Shown here: one piece after another, positions 1 through 9,447 of the stretch
Layout: each line of letters opens with the position of its first letter
Numbering within the stretch: position 1 is the stretch's first letter
NCBI GenBank assembly: GCA_045590195.1
Contig: JAZNQN010000073.1
Location: forward strand, 1,098-65,097
Direction: 5' to 3'
DNA: 64,000 nt
From: Clostridia bacterium
GTDB lineage: Bacteria; Bacillota; Clostridia; UMGS1883; UMGS1540
Notes under the pieces: model-generated
The model's input: only the letters and a program-made list of their open reading frames with translations
Database searches by the model: none
What the model was told of the DNA's origin: nothing
Position numbers and translations under genes: made by a program

Positions 1-689
1 TTTTTAAGAACCTTTCCGTATGGCGACACAACCATGCTTGCACCGCAAATTTCAGAATCTTCGTCAAAGCTTACCGATGAGCGGATTACATATGCATTTG
101 TGTTGTAAGCGAGAAAGCGACACATTGTTTCAATGGCATCATGGCTGTCGCTTCGCTGAAGTGAACAGCCTATTATTATATCCACATTCTGCCTTGCAAT
201 ATTTGCAAAAGCCTCGTAAAAATAAAAATCGTAGCAGGTTAAAAAGCCATATCTGAGGCCATCTATTTCGATGACATAAGGCTCCGAAAACTCAAAGGTA
301 TAATCGCTGTCAAGCTCAAGAGTGTTAAGCTCAAGAGGCGGCAGATGCTTTTTAAAATATTTGCCTACAAGCTCGCCCTTCTGATTATATACATAAGTTG
401 TGTTACGATAATTTTCGTTTATTTCATACAGTGCATTTACAAACACAAGTGCATTACACCTTTTTGCAGTTTCAATACATGTATCAAGAAGTGTTTTTAT
501 GTATTTTTTGTGATAATAAAATGTTTCCTCTTTTGTAGATGTTGCGCAGGGAACATCGCTATATTCAGGCAAAACAATAATATCAACAGAACTGTCACAT
601 TTTTTAAGCAGATTTATTTTGTATTCAAAATATTCATCGGAATGTGAAACATCTCTTGAGTATGGTGGCTGAATTATTACTGCTTTCAT
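1..689 (-). CDS. Carbon-nitrogen hydrolase (nitrilase superfamily) protein; the 3' end runs off the window
   Basis: Absent from the ORF track because it is open at the window edge. My minus-strand translation from the ATG (comp 687-689, RBS AAGGAGAG upstream) has no stop down to position 1: MKAVIIQPPYSRDV...IIVLPEYSD...GKYFKKHLPP...YGFLTCYDFYF. The LPE / K / TCYD spacing fits the Glu-Lys-Cys triad of CN hydrolases. Confidence 0.65.
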   Translation of the reverse strand, partial: MKAVIIQPPYSRDVSHSDEYFEYKINLLKKCDSSVDIIVLPEYSDVPCATSTKEETFYYHKKYIKTLLDTCIETAKRCNALVFVNALYEINENYRNTTYVYNQKGELVGKYFKKHLPPLELNTLELDSDYTFEFSEPYVIEIDGLRYGFLTCYDFYFYEAFANIARQNVDIIIGCSLQRSDSHDAIETMCRFLAYNTNAYVIRSSVSFDEDSEICGASMVVSPYGKVLK

Positions 690-701
690 TTTTATCTCTC
701 C

Positions 702-1448
702 TTAACCTGTAACTGTTGTTTTCTGGGTTCCTTTATACTGCGACATAATAAAATACATTGCCGCTTCCATATCAATTTCGTGGCCGCCGTCGAAAATATC
801 AAGAAAAGTGCGTGAAGCGGGATATTTTTCCATCAGCAAGTCATAAAGCTCTAAACTTTGCACTACCGGCACAACACTATCAAATTTACCATGAAAAATT
901 TTAAGGTTTGCCTTGGCAATTGTGTCAACATAGCTTATGGGCGAGCGTTTTTTCATTTCCTCGGCATTGCCGCAACAAGCTAAAATATGTTCTTTATAGC
1001 CGACGTTTTGCTCTGTCCATTTTTCAAGGTTTGTAATTGGAACATAAGCCCCTATTGCCTTGAAATATTCGGGGCAAAAGCCTGCCATTAAAAGCGCCAT
1101 ATGTCCGCCGCCGCTAAGGCCGAGTAAAAATATGTTTTCTTTATCTACGTCATCTGCAACAAAATCGACAGCATCTTTTATATCCTGCTTTGCCGCATCA
1201 GAGCCACAGGCATTTGTGCAGCTTGGGTTTGAAGATAAGTTGCTTCCGCGAAATTCGGGCAAAAGCAAATTAAAATCATATTTTTCTGCATAGGGCAACA
1301 TATTGTCAATCTGATTAAATCTGTCATAGCTCCAGGTATGAAGCCCAACCAATAGCGGGCGTTTTTCAGCACTTTCCGATTTATAAAAAAGAGAAGGCTG
1401 CATTGTGCCGTCAAAGCTTGATTTTACTAAAATTTCTGTTTGTTTCAT
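702..1448 (-). CDS. Alpha/beta-hydrolase fold serine esterase / peptidase S9-like
   Basis: 248-aa ORF with a GxSxG nucleophile elbow (GLSGGGHMA), a C-terminal Asp and His (FDGGHEI), and a GAGGT RBS. Confidence 0.6.
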   Translation of the reverse strand: MKQTEILVKSSFDGTMQPSLFYKSESAEKRPLLVGLHTWSYDRFNQIDNMLPYAEKYDFNLLLPEFRGSNLSSNPSCTNACGSDAAKQDIKDAVDFVADDVDKENIFLLGLSGGGHMALLMAGFCPEYFKAIGAYVPITNLEKWTEQNVGYKEHILACCGNAEEMKKRSPISYVDTIAKANLKIFHGKFDSVVPVVQSLELYDLLMEKYPASRTFLDIFDGGHEIDMEAAMYFIMSQYKGTQKTTVTG

Positions 1449-1465
1449 TTTCTACCTCACTTGAT

Positions 1466-2557
1466 TTACCAACCTAAAGCTGAATCTACCTTATCGCTTA
1501 GTTTCTTTGAAATTTTGTCAACATGTGCTATCTTAAAAATATAACCTCGAAAAAATTCACATGCATAGCACAATAAATAAATAGATGCATTTACCAAAAC
1601 AAAACATATCAGCCAAAGCATTGGATTTAAATTGCCAAACCATTTAAATCTGCCGGTAATTAGATTATCATAAATCAAAATATGAGAATGTATAATATAC
1701 ACACCAAAAGAAGCGTTGCTTAATGATAACACGAATTTCCGCGGTACTTTCTCAAATTTGATTTCAGTAAACACTTCCAGAATAAGAATGGAATTTATAT
1801 ATATAAATGGCGAAGAATACTCATGAAATGATGCTGAAATACCAACTGATTTTTTTATTAATATCTCTATCAATAATATCAGCATAATATTTACCGCAAT
1901 TGCGATACATTTTTTTAATTTAGAAAGCTTAAACAAATTACCATATAACTTAATATACGCACCTGTGATATAACAAAAAATCAGCCAAAAAGGACTGTAT
2001 CCTCTGTTAATTTCAAAATAATCTTTTAATCCAAAAGTAGTTATCACTGATAATAATATAAACAATATTACAATCATTTTTTCAAAAGTTTCTTTGCTAA
2101 TTGTTTTTAATAAGACAGATATATACGGAATCATAAAAAACAACAACACATATGATGTTATGTACCAATATCTTCCCGCAGTTGGAGGAACAAGTGATGC
2201 AATAATTAGCTTTTTATTATCAATAAGCAATTCTCTGCAGCCGAAAAATGCTAAAACTGTAATCAAAACACAATAAAATGCAACAACAAACAGTAGCTTA
2301 ATAATTGAATTTGTCGAAATTTTTTCTTTTGAAATGTACAAATATCCTGTGAGCATAGCAAAAATGTTTACCGAACTATATAGCAATCTAAGTATTATTC
2401 TAGCTAAAACAAAATTTAATCCTTCGCTGGCGGAACCTATGCCTCCAGCGTTTAACATATGTAATCCTATTATTCCTAACATACTTACTATTCTCAATAT
2501 GTCCAAGCTATAATTTCTGTCACTTAGTTTTATGTTCGAATTTTTGAAACTAATCAT
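1466..2557 (-). CDS. Acyltransferase family 3 (AT3) integral-membrane O-acyltransferase
   Basis: 363-aa polytopic membrane ORF. The N-terminal LDILRIVSMLGIIGLHM block is typical of AT3 proteins. RBS is GGGGGAG. Confidence 0.7.
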   Translation of the reverse strand: MISFKNSNIKLSDRNYSLDILRIVSMLGIIGLHMLNAGGIGSASEGLNFVLARIILRLLYSSVNIFAMLTGYLYISKEKISTNSIIKLLFVVAFYCVLITVLAFFGCRELLIDNKKLIIASLVPPTAGRYWYITSYVLLFFMIPYISVLLKTISKETFEKMIVILFILLSVITTFGLKDYFEINRGYSPFWLIFCYITGAYIKLYGNLFKLSKLKKCIAIAVNIMLILLIEILIKKSVGISASFHEYSSPFIYINSILILEVFTEIKFEKVPRKFVLSLSNASFGVYIIHSHILIYDNLITGRFKWFGNLNPMLWLICFVLVNASIYLLCYACEFFRGYIFKIAHVDKISKKLSDKVDSALGW

Positions 2558-2582
2558 CTCAAACTCCCCCTATGAACTTTAA

Positions 2583-3599
2583 TTATCCAAGATTTAAAAT
2601 CTCTTTATAAAGATTATCTGCATAGTATTTAAAGCCTTCATCGGTTGGATGAAGATTTAAGTCGCCATAAAGGTTTTCATTTTCAGGAACAAGTTTAAAG
2701 CCATCAATCAAAGTAGCATTTTCAATGTTTTTTACTGCATTTGCAATTTCTTCCCTAAGGCCTTCAAATGGGCCGAATTTTGTTTTATTAGTGTTATAAT
2801 CTTTACGCCAGATGGGAGTTATTGCAAATATTTTTGCGTTTTTATAGTTTTTCCTTACGGCTTCGTAAAACTCTTTGCATCTTGCGGCAAAATCGGCTCT
2901 TTCGCGGTAGCTCCAGTCGTTTGTACCATAGGCAACAGTTATGTAGTCAGGCTCAAAATCATCTTTAAGCTTTGCAAGAATGGGTTCAAACTCGTCGCCC
3001 CCTATTCCTTTATTTATCTCTTCAGCGCCAAGTTTTTTTGCAAGGCGTGCGGCATATCGGTTTGAAGGGCGAAGGGCATCGTACCCCTGTGTTATAGAAT
3101 CGCCAAAAGCAAGCAGTTTTTTCTGCGGTTTTATTGGCTCAAACATAGCGCCATCTGACAAAGAAATTTCTTTTATAAGTGTTTTAACAAGTGCAGGCAG
3201 GTAAACCAAAACCTCTTTTTCGCCGCTACCAAGATTAAATTCTTTTGAAAAATCGCCGTTTTCAAGCTTTGTTTTGCCATAAGCGCCTGTCATATCCTTA
3301 TGAGAAAAATTATCTAAAAACCCGGCACTCTCGCCATTTACAAAAACATCAACTGAGAAGAATTCTCTTGAAGTTACGGGCTTTGTGTTAATTTTTATAT
3401 AAAGCTTTTCGCTGTTTGTTTTAAAACAAAGCTTTACCCCTGCAGGGCAAAAGTTTTTGTCATAAAAATTTTGATTTAATTCTTTGTAAAACTGCGACTG
3501 CTCCTCTGTAAAACGGCAAAGCACTACACCGTCTGCCACTTCTTTTACGCCAACTGCACCAAGAGATATATTAAAAATTTCGTCTGCTGTAAGTTTCAT
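2583..3599 (-). CDS. SGNH/GDSL hydrolase with an N-terminal beta-rich domain (CE2-like carbohydrate esterase architecture), cytoplasmic
   Basis: 338 aa. Block I is FGDSITQG, the GxND block is YGTNDW, and there is a C-terminal Asp/His block (GDLNLHPTDEG). It has a ~150-aa N-terminal extension and no signal peptide. Confidence 0.7.
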   Translation of the reverse strand: MKLTADEIFNISLGAVGVKEVADGVVLCRFTEEQSQFYKELNQNFYDKNFCPAGVKLCFKTNSEKLYIKINTKPVTSREFFSVDVFVNGESAGFLDNFSHKDMTGAYGKTKLENGDFSKEFNLGSGEKEVLVYLPALVKTLIKEISLSDGAMFEPIKPQKKLLAFGDSITQGYDALRPSNRYAARLAKKLGAEEINKGIGGDEFEPILAKLKDDFEPDYITVAYGTNDWSYRERADFAARCKEFYEAVRKNYKNAKIFAITPIWRKDYNTNKTKFGPFEGLREEIANAVKNIENATLIDGFKLVPENENLYGDLNLHPTDEGFKYYADNLYKEILNLG

Positions 3600-3619
3600 A
3601 TTTTTCCTCCAAACTATAT

Positions 3620-3943
3620 TTATGCCTTTCTTTTCGAAATTATATAAGATATAACATTACTTACCATGGCCAAAATAACATAAATAACGCATTTGCCATA
3701 TGTGCTGTAATGATTTACTGCTTCGCCTGTTGCGATATCAAAATTCCAGTGGAACAATTCTTTATTAAACATAAGCCACAAAAACATACCAAAGCTAAGA
3801 ACAAAAAGAATAATTCTTGCGTATTTAAAAAACTTTCCGTCTCTTTCCCCGCCATATTTTTTAAGCAAAATTTCTCCTACAAGATATCCAAGAGAAAAGG
3901 CAAAAAGCCACGACGCAAAGCTTAACATTTTATACGAAAACAT
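3620..3943 (-). CDS. Small membrane protein (3 predicted TM helices)
   Basis: I moved the start to the internal ATG (MFSYKMLSF...) because it is preceded by an AAGGAGG RBS. The sequence is hydrophobic. No family recognised. Confidence 0.4.
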   Translation of the reverse strand: MFSYKMLSFASWLFAFSLGYLVGEILLKKYGGERDGKFFKYARIILFVLSFGMFLWLMFNKELFHWNFDIATGEAVNHYSTYGKCVIYVILAMVSNVISYIISKRKA

Positions 3944-3995
3944 AGTTATCCTCCTTTTCTTATAATTGTAACACACAAAGCTCCAAAAAGCAACA

Positions 3996-4023
3996 AAAAA
4001 GGCGTTGTTTTCACAACGCCTTT
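3996..4023 (-). terminator. Rho-independent terminator after the NagB-like gene
   Basis: On the minus strand: AAAGGCGTTGTGAAAACAACGCCTTTTTTG, a GC-containing stem followed by a T-run, just downstream of the stop at 4030. Confidence 0.6.
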
Positions 4024-4029
4024 AAGTTA

Positions 4030-4980
4030 TTAGTTACATTCAGCTTCCAGTGGACCTGCAAGTTCTTTAAGGAAGAACAGTTTACCAGGAAGAGTTGGCA
4101 TATATGATGAAGGAATCCATCTTGTTGGGCCGTAGTGGAGAGTCATCATAAAGCTCATACCCTGCCACTGCATACCTCTTGAAAGGTAACCGTCGCATCC
4201 GCCGATGATATAGTCAGCCTGCATAAAGAGGCCAGGGCCAACTGTATTTGCACGGCATGGAACCAAAGTTGTTCTTGATTTAAAGCTTGTAATAGCATTC
4301 TGCTCAATTGTTAATGGGTGAAGTTTTGCACCGATTCTGTATGGCTGTTTAATCCACTCTTCGTCACTTGCAAATTCAGCTGCAAAATGTGGTTCCCAGA
4401 AAGCAATATGGCACATTCTGCCAACGCCGAAAACGAGAACAAGTTTTGCTCCTTCTGCTTTAAGAGCTGCAATTTTTTCAGGATATGTAGGAAGGTTTTC
4501 CTTTGTTGCAAAGTTTCTCTGATTTTCAGGAACAGTAAGAGAGCCAAGTGGATTATAGAAAGCATCTCTCATAGCGTTCTGGAAAGCTGCAGGGTCGTTA
4601 CCGGGAAGAGTATTTCCTTCGCCGTCAGCCCATTCGTCCATATTAAAGCAGTAAAGGTGTTCACAGGAAACGTTCCATTCTTTAAGGAAGTAAACTGCCC
4701 ATTTGTACATACCCATTGGACCTACTGGCAAAATCATAGCAAGTTTTTTGCCTTCGTCTTTAGCTTTTTTAATCTGCATAGCAATTTCGTGGCCCATAAG
4801 AGTATCAAAATCGCTTAAAGCATCACACTGAACAGGAGTAAAATCTTTGTGCCAGAAGCTTTCTCTTTTTGTAACGTCTTCGGGCTTAATCTGACAGCAT
4901 TTGTCAATTTTCTCCATGTCCCAGCCTGCAGGATAAAATCCTTCAAGCATACTACCTTTTACGGTGTCGATAAAATTCAT
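4030..4980 (-). CDS. Glucosamine-6-phosphate isomerase/deaminase (NagB / 6-phosphogluconolactonase superfamily)-like protein
   Basis: 316 aa. [10 protein letters not shown] and FNMDEW resemble the NagB GxxTGxTP and N(L/M)DEY blocks. RBS is AGGAGG. It sits next to a PIG-L deacetylase. Confidence 0.55.
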   Translation of the reverse strand: MNFIDTVKGSMLEGFYPAGWDMEKIDKCCQIKPEDVTKRESFWHKDFTPVQCDALSDFDTLMGHEIAMQIKKAKDEGKKLAMILPVGPMGMYKWAVYFLKEWNVSCEHLYCFNMDEWADGEGNTLPGNDPAAFQNAMRDAFYNPLGSLTVPENQRNFATKENLPTYPEKIAALKAEGAKLVLVFGVGRMCHIAFWEPHFAAEFASDEEWIKQPYRIGAKLHPLTIEQNAITSFKSRTTLVPCRANTVGPGLFMQADYIIGGCDGYLSRGMQWQGMSFMMTLHYGPTRWIPSSYMPTLPGKLFFLKELAGPLEAECN

Positions 4981-5014
4981 AACAATATCCTCCTAAATTA
5001 TATAATTTAATTGA

Positions 5015-5719
5015 TTACGGTAAAAGTCTTGCTGCCTGAACTTTTGGATACACAAGGCATTCTGAAAAAGCTTCGGCATAAGCGCAGTTTGACTGAAAAC
5101 CTCTGTATTTAGCACAGGTTTTAACAAAATCGGCAAAATCTATATGGTCGTGGTCACGCATCCATTTAAGCTGGCTTTCGTGACATTCGAGCATTTCAAG
5201 TTTCAAATCGATTTCATCGGTAACATCAACAAAGTGTGTTGGCACAAAGCCAAGACCTGCAAGGTTATCCATATAATAAATAGGTGTAACCTTTGAAACT
5301 TTGTCAACATTTGTTTTATAGTGTGGAACGCTTGCTGCAAAAGAAGCGTCAAACACAAGGCGGGCTACTGCAACGTGGTCAGGCATATAGTCTGTTGGCG
5401 CGTGTGTGATTATAAAATCAGGGTCGGCCTCTCTTATAATATCAACCAGCTTGTCGCGCTGCTCTTTGCTGCCTTCATAAACCATACAGTCGCCGATATC
5501 ACAGGTAACAACTTTAATACCTGCAAGTGAGCCTGCTTTTTTAGCTTCGCCAATTCTGATTTCACGAAGCTCAGGTGGCTCAATAATTGCGTGGCCAAGG
5601 TCGCCGTTTGCAACGTGGCAAACTGTAACATTATCTCCTCTCTTTACGCATTTTGCAAGTGTTCCGGCGCAGTTAATTTCCATATCGTCCGGATGACATC
5701 CGATTGCAAGAACATTCAT
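5015..5719 (-). CDS. PIG-L / LmbE family N-acetylglucosaminyl deacetylase
   Basis: 234 aa. N-terminal AIGCHPDDME (the HPDD metal motif), then a later PDH (YMPDHVAV). RBS is AGGAGG. Confidence 0.75.
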   Translation of the reverse strand: MNVLAIGCHPDDMEINCAGTLAKCVKRGDNVTVCHVANGDLGHAIIEPPELREIRIGEAKKAGSLAGIKVVTCDIGDCMVYEGSKEQRDKLVDIIREADPDFIITHAPTDYMPDHVAVARLVFDASFAASVPHYKTNVDKVSKVTPIYYMDNLAGLGFVPTHFVDVTDEIDLKLEMLECHESQLKWMRDHDHIDFADFVKTCAKYRGFQSNCAYAEAFSECLVYPKVQAARLLP

Positions 5720-5739
5720 TTTTCTTTTCCTCCTAAAAT

Positions 5740-6357
5740 TTATTTAGCTATATAATTTTCAAAAAATTCTTTTGCATTCTGGAGCAAGAGCTTAGCTTCT
5801 TCACTATCCTTATTATCGTTAATAAGGCCAGAAATACCTATATAAATATTATCGCCCGAAAAGCCGTTATCGTTTAAAAAGGCGCTGTGAGTTGTTTTAA
5901 TGGCAGTAATTTCTTCCCCGCGCAAAACGGCATCTTCACGCATTTCATCGGGCAGCATACTGCTTAAATCAATAAACATTTCCCTGCAAACTTCGGCAGA
6001 AAAATATTCTTTATCCATTATGTAAATCTGATAATCGCCTGAAGCGAAAAGCACAACTGCCTTCTGCCCCATCATAATATCAACATCAGCCTGTGGCGTT
6101 TCAGAAAAAACAACGCTGCTGACAGTAGCATTTGATACGCCATCGCCACTTACATCTTCAATAACCTCTGAAACAGTTTGCCTGAAAGGCTCACAGTCTT
6201 TATAAACCTCGCTTACATAACCAATTCCAAGGTCACTTTCGCGTTTCATGGCACATTCCGAAATGGTCATAACAATAAAAATAAGAATAAATGCACCAAG
6301 CAGAACGTGGTATTTATGATAATACCAGAAATTTTGAAATTTTTCTTTATTTGTCAC
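5740..6357 (-). CDS. Hypothetical N-terminally membrane-anchored protein
   Basis: 205 aa with a GTG start after an AAGGAAGG RBS and one N-terminal TM helix (VLLGAFILIFIVMTI). No family recognised. Confidence 0.4.
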   Translation of the reverse strand: MTNKEKFQNFWYYHKYHVLLGAFILIFIVMTISECAMKRESDLGIGYVSEVYKDCEPFRQTVSEVIEDVSGDGVSNATVSSVVFSETPQADVDIMMGQKAVVLFASGDYQIYIMDKEYFSAEVCREMFIDLSSMLPDEMREDAVLRGEEITAIKTTHSAFLNDNGFSGDNIYIGISGLINDNKDSEEAKLLLQNAKEFFENYIAK

Positions 6358-6454
6358 AACATTTTCCTTCCTTTATGACAAAAATTTTACAATCATAATT
6401 GTAACACAATACACCAAAATAATCAAGTGTTTTTTACTTATATTTAAGTAAACA

Positions 6455-6483
6455 TTGACAAAAAATTTACATTATGTTAAAAT
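6455..6483 (+). promoter_or_regulatory. Sigma-A type promoter for the CapD-like gene
   Basis: TTGACA (6455-6460), 17-nt spacer, TAAAAT (6478-6483), about 45 nt upstream of the ATG. Confidence 0.45.
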
Positions 6484-6527
6484 ATTTAATGGATTGTGCT
6501 CAAAATATTTAATGTAGGTGCTTAATT

Positions 6528-8354
6528 ATGAAAAATTTTGTAATGAGAAACCGATATCTTTTTGTAGCAGATTTTATTCTTTGCTACGTAGCGTACGCAT
6601 TTGCAATATTTTTTGTGTTTCCGAGAAATGCCTTTTTCAGCTACTTTACAGGCGGCATTTCACAAATAACCCTGTCAGCTGTGGTTTATCTTTTTCTTTT
6701 CACTCTTTCAGGCATTTATACTACCGACTGGGTTTATGCAGGAACAAAAGATTACATCCGCCTTATATCAGGCGGCATTATTTCGGGCGTTGTTGCAATT
6801 GTGCTTGACAATTTTGTTGCGAGAGATATCTTTTTTCCAAAATTCAATATTGCCGCAACACTGGTTGTTACCGCTTTTCTGTGTATTATCAGATTTTCGG
6901 TAAGAATACTTTACAAATCGGCCTGGCTTGGCCAGAGAGGAAAAGGCAAGCGCATTATTATTGTTGGTGCGGGAAGGCTTGCGGTTACTCTTTTAAGGGA
7001 TATTTATGAAAATCCCAATATAAATTACGCCGTTTTGGGCCTTATTGACGACGACCCTACAAAACAAAGACTTCGTGTTCACGGAACGAAAGTTCTTGGT
7101 ACAAGCCGTGATATTTCAAGAATTTGCCGTCAGCTTAAGGTTGACGAAATTATTTTTGCAATACATAATCTTGAACATTCGGAAAAATTAAGGCTTTTAA
7201 ACATTTGCAGCGAAACGGGCAAAAAGGTTAAAATTCTGCCCGGCGTTCAGGATTCTATAAGAAGTGCCAACAAGGTACACCTTGCAAAAGACATTGAAAT
7301 TGAAGATTTACTTGAGCGTTCCCCTGTAAAGCTTGACAACAAGCTTATTGAAAGCGATATTTCAGGAAAAGTTGTTTTGGTTACAGGCGGTGGCGGCTCA
7401 ATAGGCTCGGAGCTTTGCAGGCAGATTTTAAAGTTCTCGCCAAAAAAACTTATTGTATTTGATATTTACGAAAATTCAACCTTTGAGCTTCAGGGCGAGC
7501 TTCGTAAAAAATATCCGGAAAAGGATATGGAGTTTCTTATTGGCTCGGTACGAGATGAAAAAAGGCTTGACGAAATTTTTGAAACATACAAGCCTCAGAT
7601 TGTTTTCCATGCCGCGGCTCACAAACACGTTCCTCTTATGGAAGACAGCCCCAAAGAAGCAATAAAGAACAACGTTTTCGGAACATACAACACGGCTCTT
7701 GCCGCTCAGCGCCACAAGGCAAAACGCTTTGTTTTAATTTCAACCGACAAAGCTGTTAACCCAACAAACATTATGGGCGCTACAAAAAGAATGTGTGAAA
7801 TGATTGTTCAAACCCTGCAAAACACAGGCGAATGTGATTTTGTTGCAGTTAGATTTGGTAATGTTTTAGGTTCAAACGGTTCGGTAATTCCAAGCTTTAA
7901 AAAGCAGATTGCCGCAGGCGGCCCTGTTACTGTTACCCACCCCGATATAACAAGATTTTTTATGACTATTCCCGAGGCGGCTTCACTTGTGCTTCAGGCG
8001 ACAAGCTACGCAAAGGGCGGGGAAATATTTGTTCTTGATATGGGCGAGCCTGTTAAAATTTACGACCTTGCTAAAAAAATGATTCTTTTATCCGGCTTTA
8101 AACCTGATGTTGATATTAAAATTGAGTTTATTGGCCTTCGACCCGGCGAAAAGCTTTTTGAGGAACTTTTAATGAACGAAGAAGGCCTTAAAGAAACAGT
8201 TCACAGTAAAATTTTTGTTGGCAAGCCAATTGATATTTCTTATGAAATGCTTAATGAAAAATTAGAGCTTCTTAAAAAAGCTCTTGAAAAAGACAATGAC
8301 AGTATTAAGAAAATTGTTTCGGAAGTTGTTCCCACATACAAACAGGTTGATTAA
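6528..8354 (+). CDS. Polysaccharide biosynthesis protein, CapD/WbpM/PglF-type membrane-anchored NDP-sugar 4,6-dehydratase
   Basis: 608 aa. Four N-terminal TM helices and two Rossmann motifs (IIVGAGRLA, VTGGGGSIGSEL). The FHAAAHKHVPLME and STDKAVNPTNIMGATKR blocks are typical of CapD. Confidence 0.85.
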   Translation: MKNFVMRNRYLFVADFILCYVAYAFAIFFVFPRNAFFSYFTGGISQITLSAVVYLFLFTLSGIYTTDWVYAGTKDYIRLISGGIISGVVAIVLDNFVARDIFFPKFNIAATLVVTAFLCIIRFSVRILYKSAWLGQRGKGKRIIIVGAGRLAVTLLRDIYENPNINYAVLGLIDDDPTKQRLRVHGTKVLGTSRDISRICRQLKVDEIIFAIHNLEHSEKLRLLNICSETGKKVKILPGVQDSIRSANKVHLAKDIEIEDLLERSPVKLDNKLIESDISGKVVLVTGGGGSIGSELCRQILKFSPKKLIVFDIYENSTFELQGELRKKYPEKDMEFLIGSVRDEKRLDEIFETYKPQIVFHAAAHKHVPLMEDSPKEAIKNNVFGTYNTALAAQRHKAKRFVLISTDKAVNPTNIMGATKRMCEMIVQTLQNTGECDFVAVRFGNVLGSNGSVIPSFKKQIAAGGPVTVTHPDITRFFMTIPEAASLVLQATSYAKGGEIFVLDMGEPVKIYDLAKKMILLSGFKPDVDIKIEFIGLRPGEKLFEELLMNEEGLKETVHSKIFVGKPIDISYEMLNEKLELLKKALEKDNDSIKKIVSEVVPTYKQVD

Positions 8355-8388
8355 AAAAAAGAGCATCTCGCAGGAGATGCTCTTTTTT
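8353..8388. terminator. Bidirectional rho-independent terminator
   Basis: An A8 run, then stem GAGCATCTC, loop GCAG, stem GAGATGCTC, then a T6 run. It lies between two convergent genes. Confidence 0.75.
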
Positions 8389-8397
8389 ATAGCAAGA

Positions 8398-9357
8398 TTA
8401 CTCTTCAGTTTTTTCTTCTTCGTTTGTTTCTTCTTCGGTTTCTTCAATAACTATTTCTTCATCAACTTCTTCTTCAGGCTCTGCAGCTTCAATTTCAACG
8501 CTTTCTTCTGCCCCTTCGAAAAAGTTTTCATCGTCTTCTGAAATAAATTCGCCATTTTCCTCGGCTGCAACTTCTTCTTCAGTTTCGCCATTTATAATTT
8601 TGTTAAGCTCTTTTATTTTTTTAGCCATAAGTACTATTGTAACAATAAGGCCAATGAAAATCAAAGCGCCTAAAATTGCAAGGTAGTTAGGTACAAATAC
8701 TTTAAAGCTTACAGGAAGATTATCGTTTTCCATTGTAGCCGCATAAACAAATGTAGGTTTCAAAATGTTTTTATTGCCTTTTGACACTGTAAACGCACCA
8801 ACAGGGAACTTAAATCTGATATTGATTTTACATTCACTCATAGCAGTTTTAGCTTCGTCATCAAGCTCGTTGCCCTGTGTCATACTAATGTTACCTTCGG
8901 CAGTATATGTTGTTCCCATAAAGCCTTTATCTGCATTGAACATAACGCCAATTCCATCTGCCGCATTGTTTGTAACAATAGGAGCAGGAATCATTCCGCT
9001 GTTATTGAATACGCTAATAAGCTGTGAGCTGTACATTTCGTCAACGCTTGAGAAGTAACCTGTTACTTTAAGGCCTTTATATTCGCCGCCTTCTTTATCG
9101 ATTGCAATTCTTTCAACTTTTTCCTTTGAAACATCTGTTACCATTGCCTCAATCTGAGGAACAAGTCTTTCATCGAGTTCCTCGTAAGTTGCTCCGCCTG
9201 ATACCTGAGCAATACCTTCATCGTTACCTGCGAATGCAATTTCTGCTTTAACTCCGCCAAGTGGGCCAACCGAAATTGTTGCATCCTGCTCATAACAACC
9301 TGTTAAAAGGCAAAGCATGCAAAGAGTAATTAAAGCAAGTTTCCATGTTTTTTTCAT
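8398..9357 (-). CDS. Lipoprotein with an additional C-terminal TM helix and an acidic cytoplasmic tail
   Basis: 319 aa. Lipobox LLTGC after MKKTWKLALITLCMLC, a TM helix (LAILGALIFIGLIVTIVLMA), and a ~70-aa Glu/Asp-rich tail. Confidence 0.5.
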   Translation of the reverse strand: MKKTWKLALITLCMLCLLTGCYEQDATISVGPLGGVKAEIAFAGNDEGIAQVSGGATYEELDERLVPQIEAMVTDVSKEKVERIAIDKEGGEYKGLKVTGYFSSVDEMYSSQLISVFNNSGMIPAPIVTNNAADGIGVMFNADKGFMGTTYTAEGNISMTQGNELDDEAKTAMSECKINIRFKFPVGAFTVSKGNKNILKPTFVYAATMENDNLPVSFKVFVPNYLAILGALIFIGLIVTIVLMAKKIKELNKIINGETEEEVAAEENGEFISEDDENFFEGAEESVEIEAAEPEEEVDEEIVIEETEEETNEEEKTEE

Positions 9358-9447
9358 TTACATAACCTCCAATAAATTTCATTACTTTAAAATTATAACA
9401 GTAATATCTTAAATTGACAATAGTAAATTTTAAAATTTATTAAAAAT

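Noticed and set aside
345-647. 100-aa plus-strand ORF at the window start
   Set aside because: It is antisense to the much better supported CN-hydrolase frame, which has an RBS, catalytic motifs and no stops over 689 nt.
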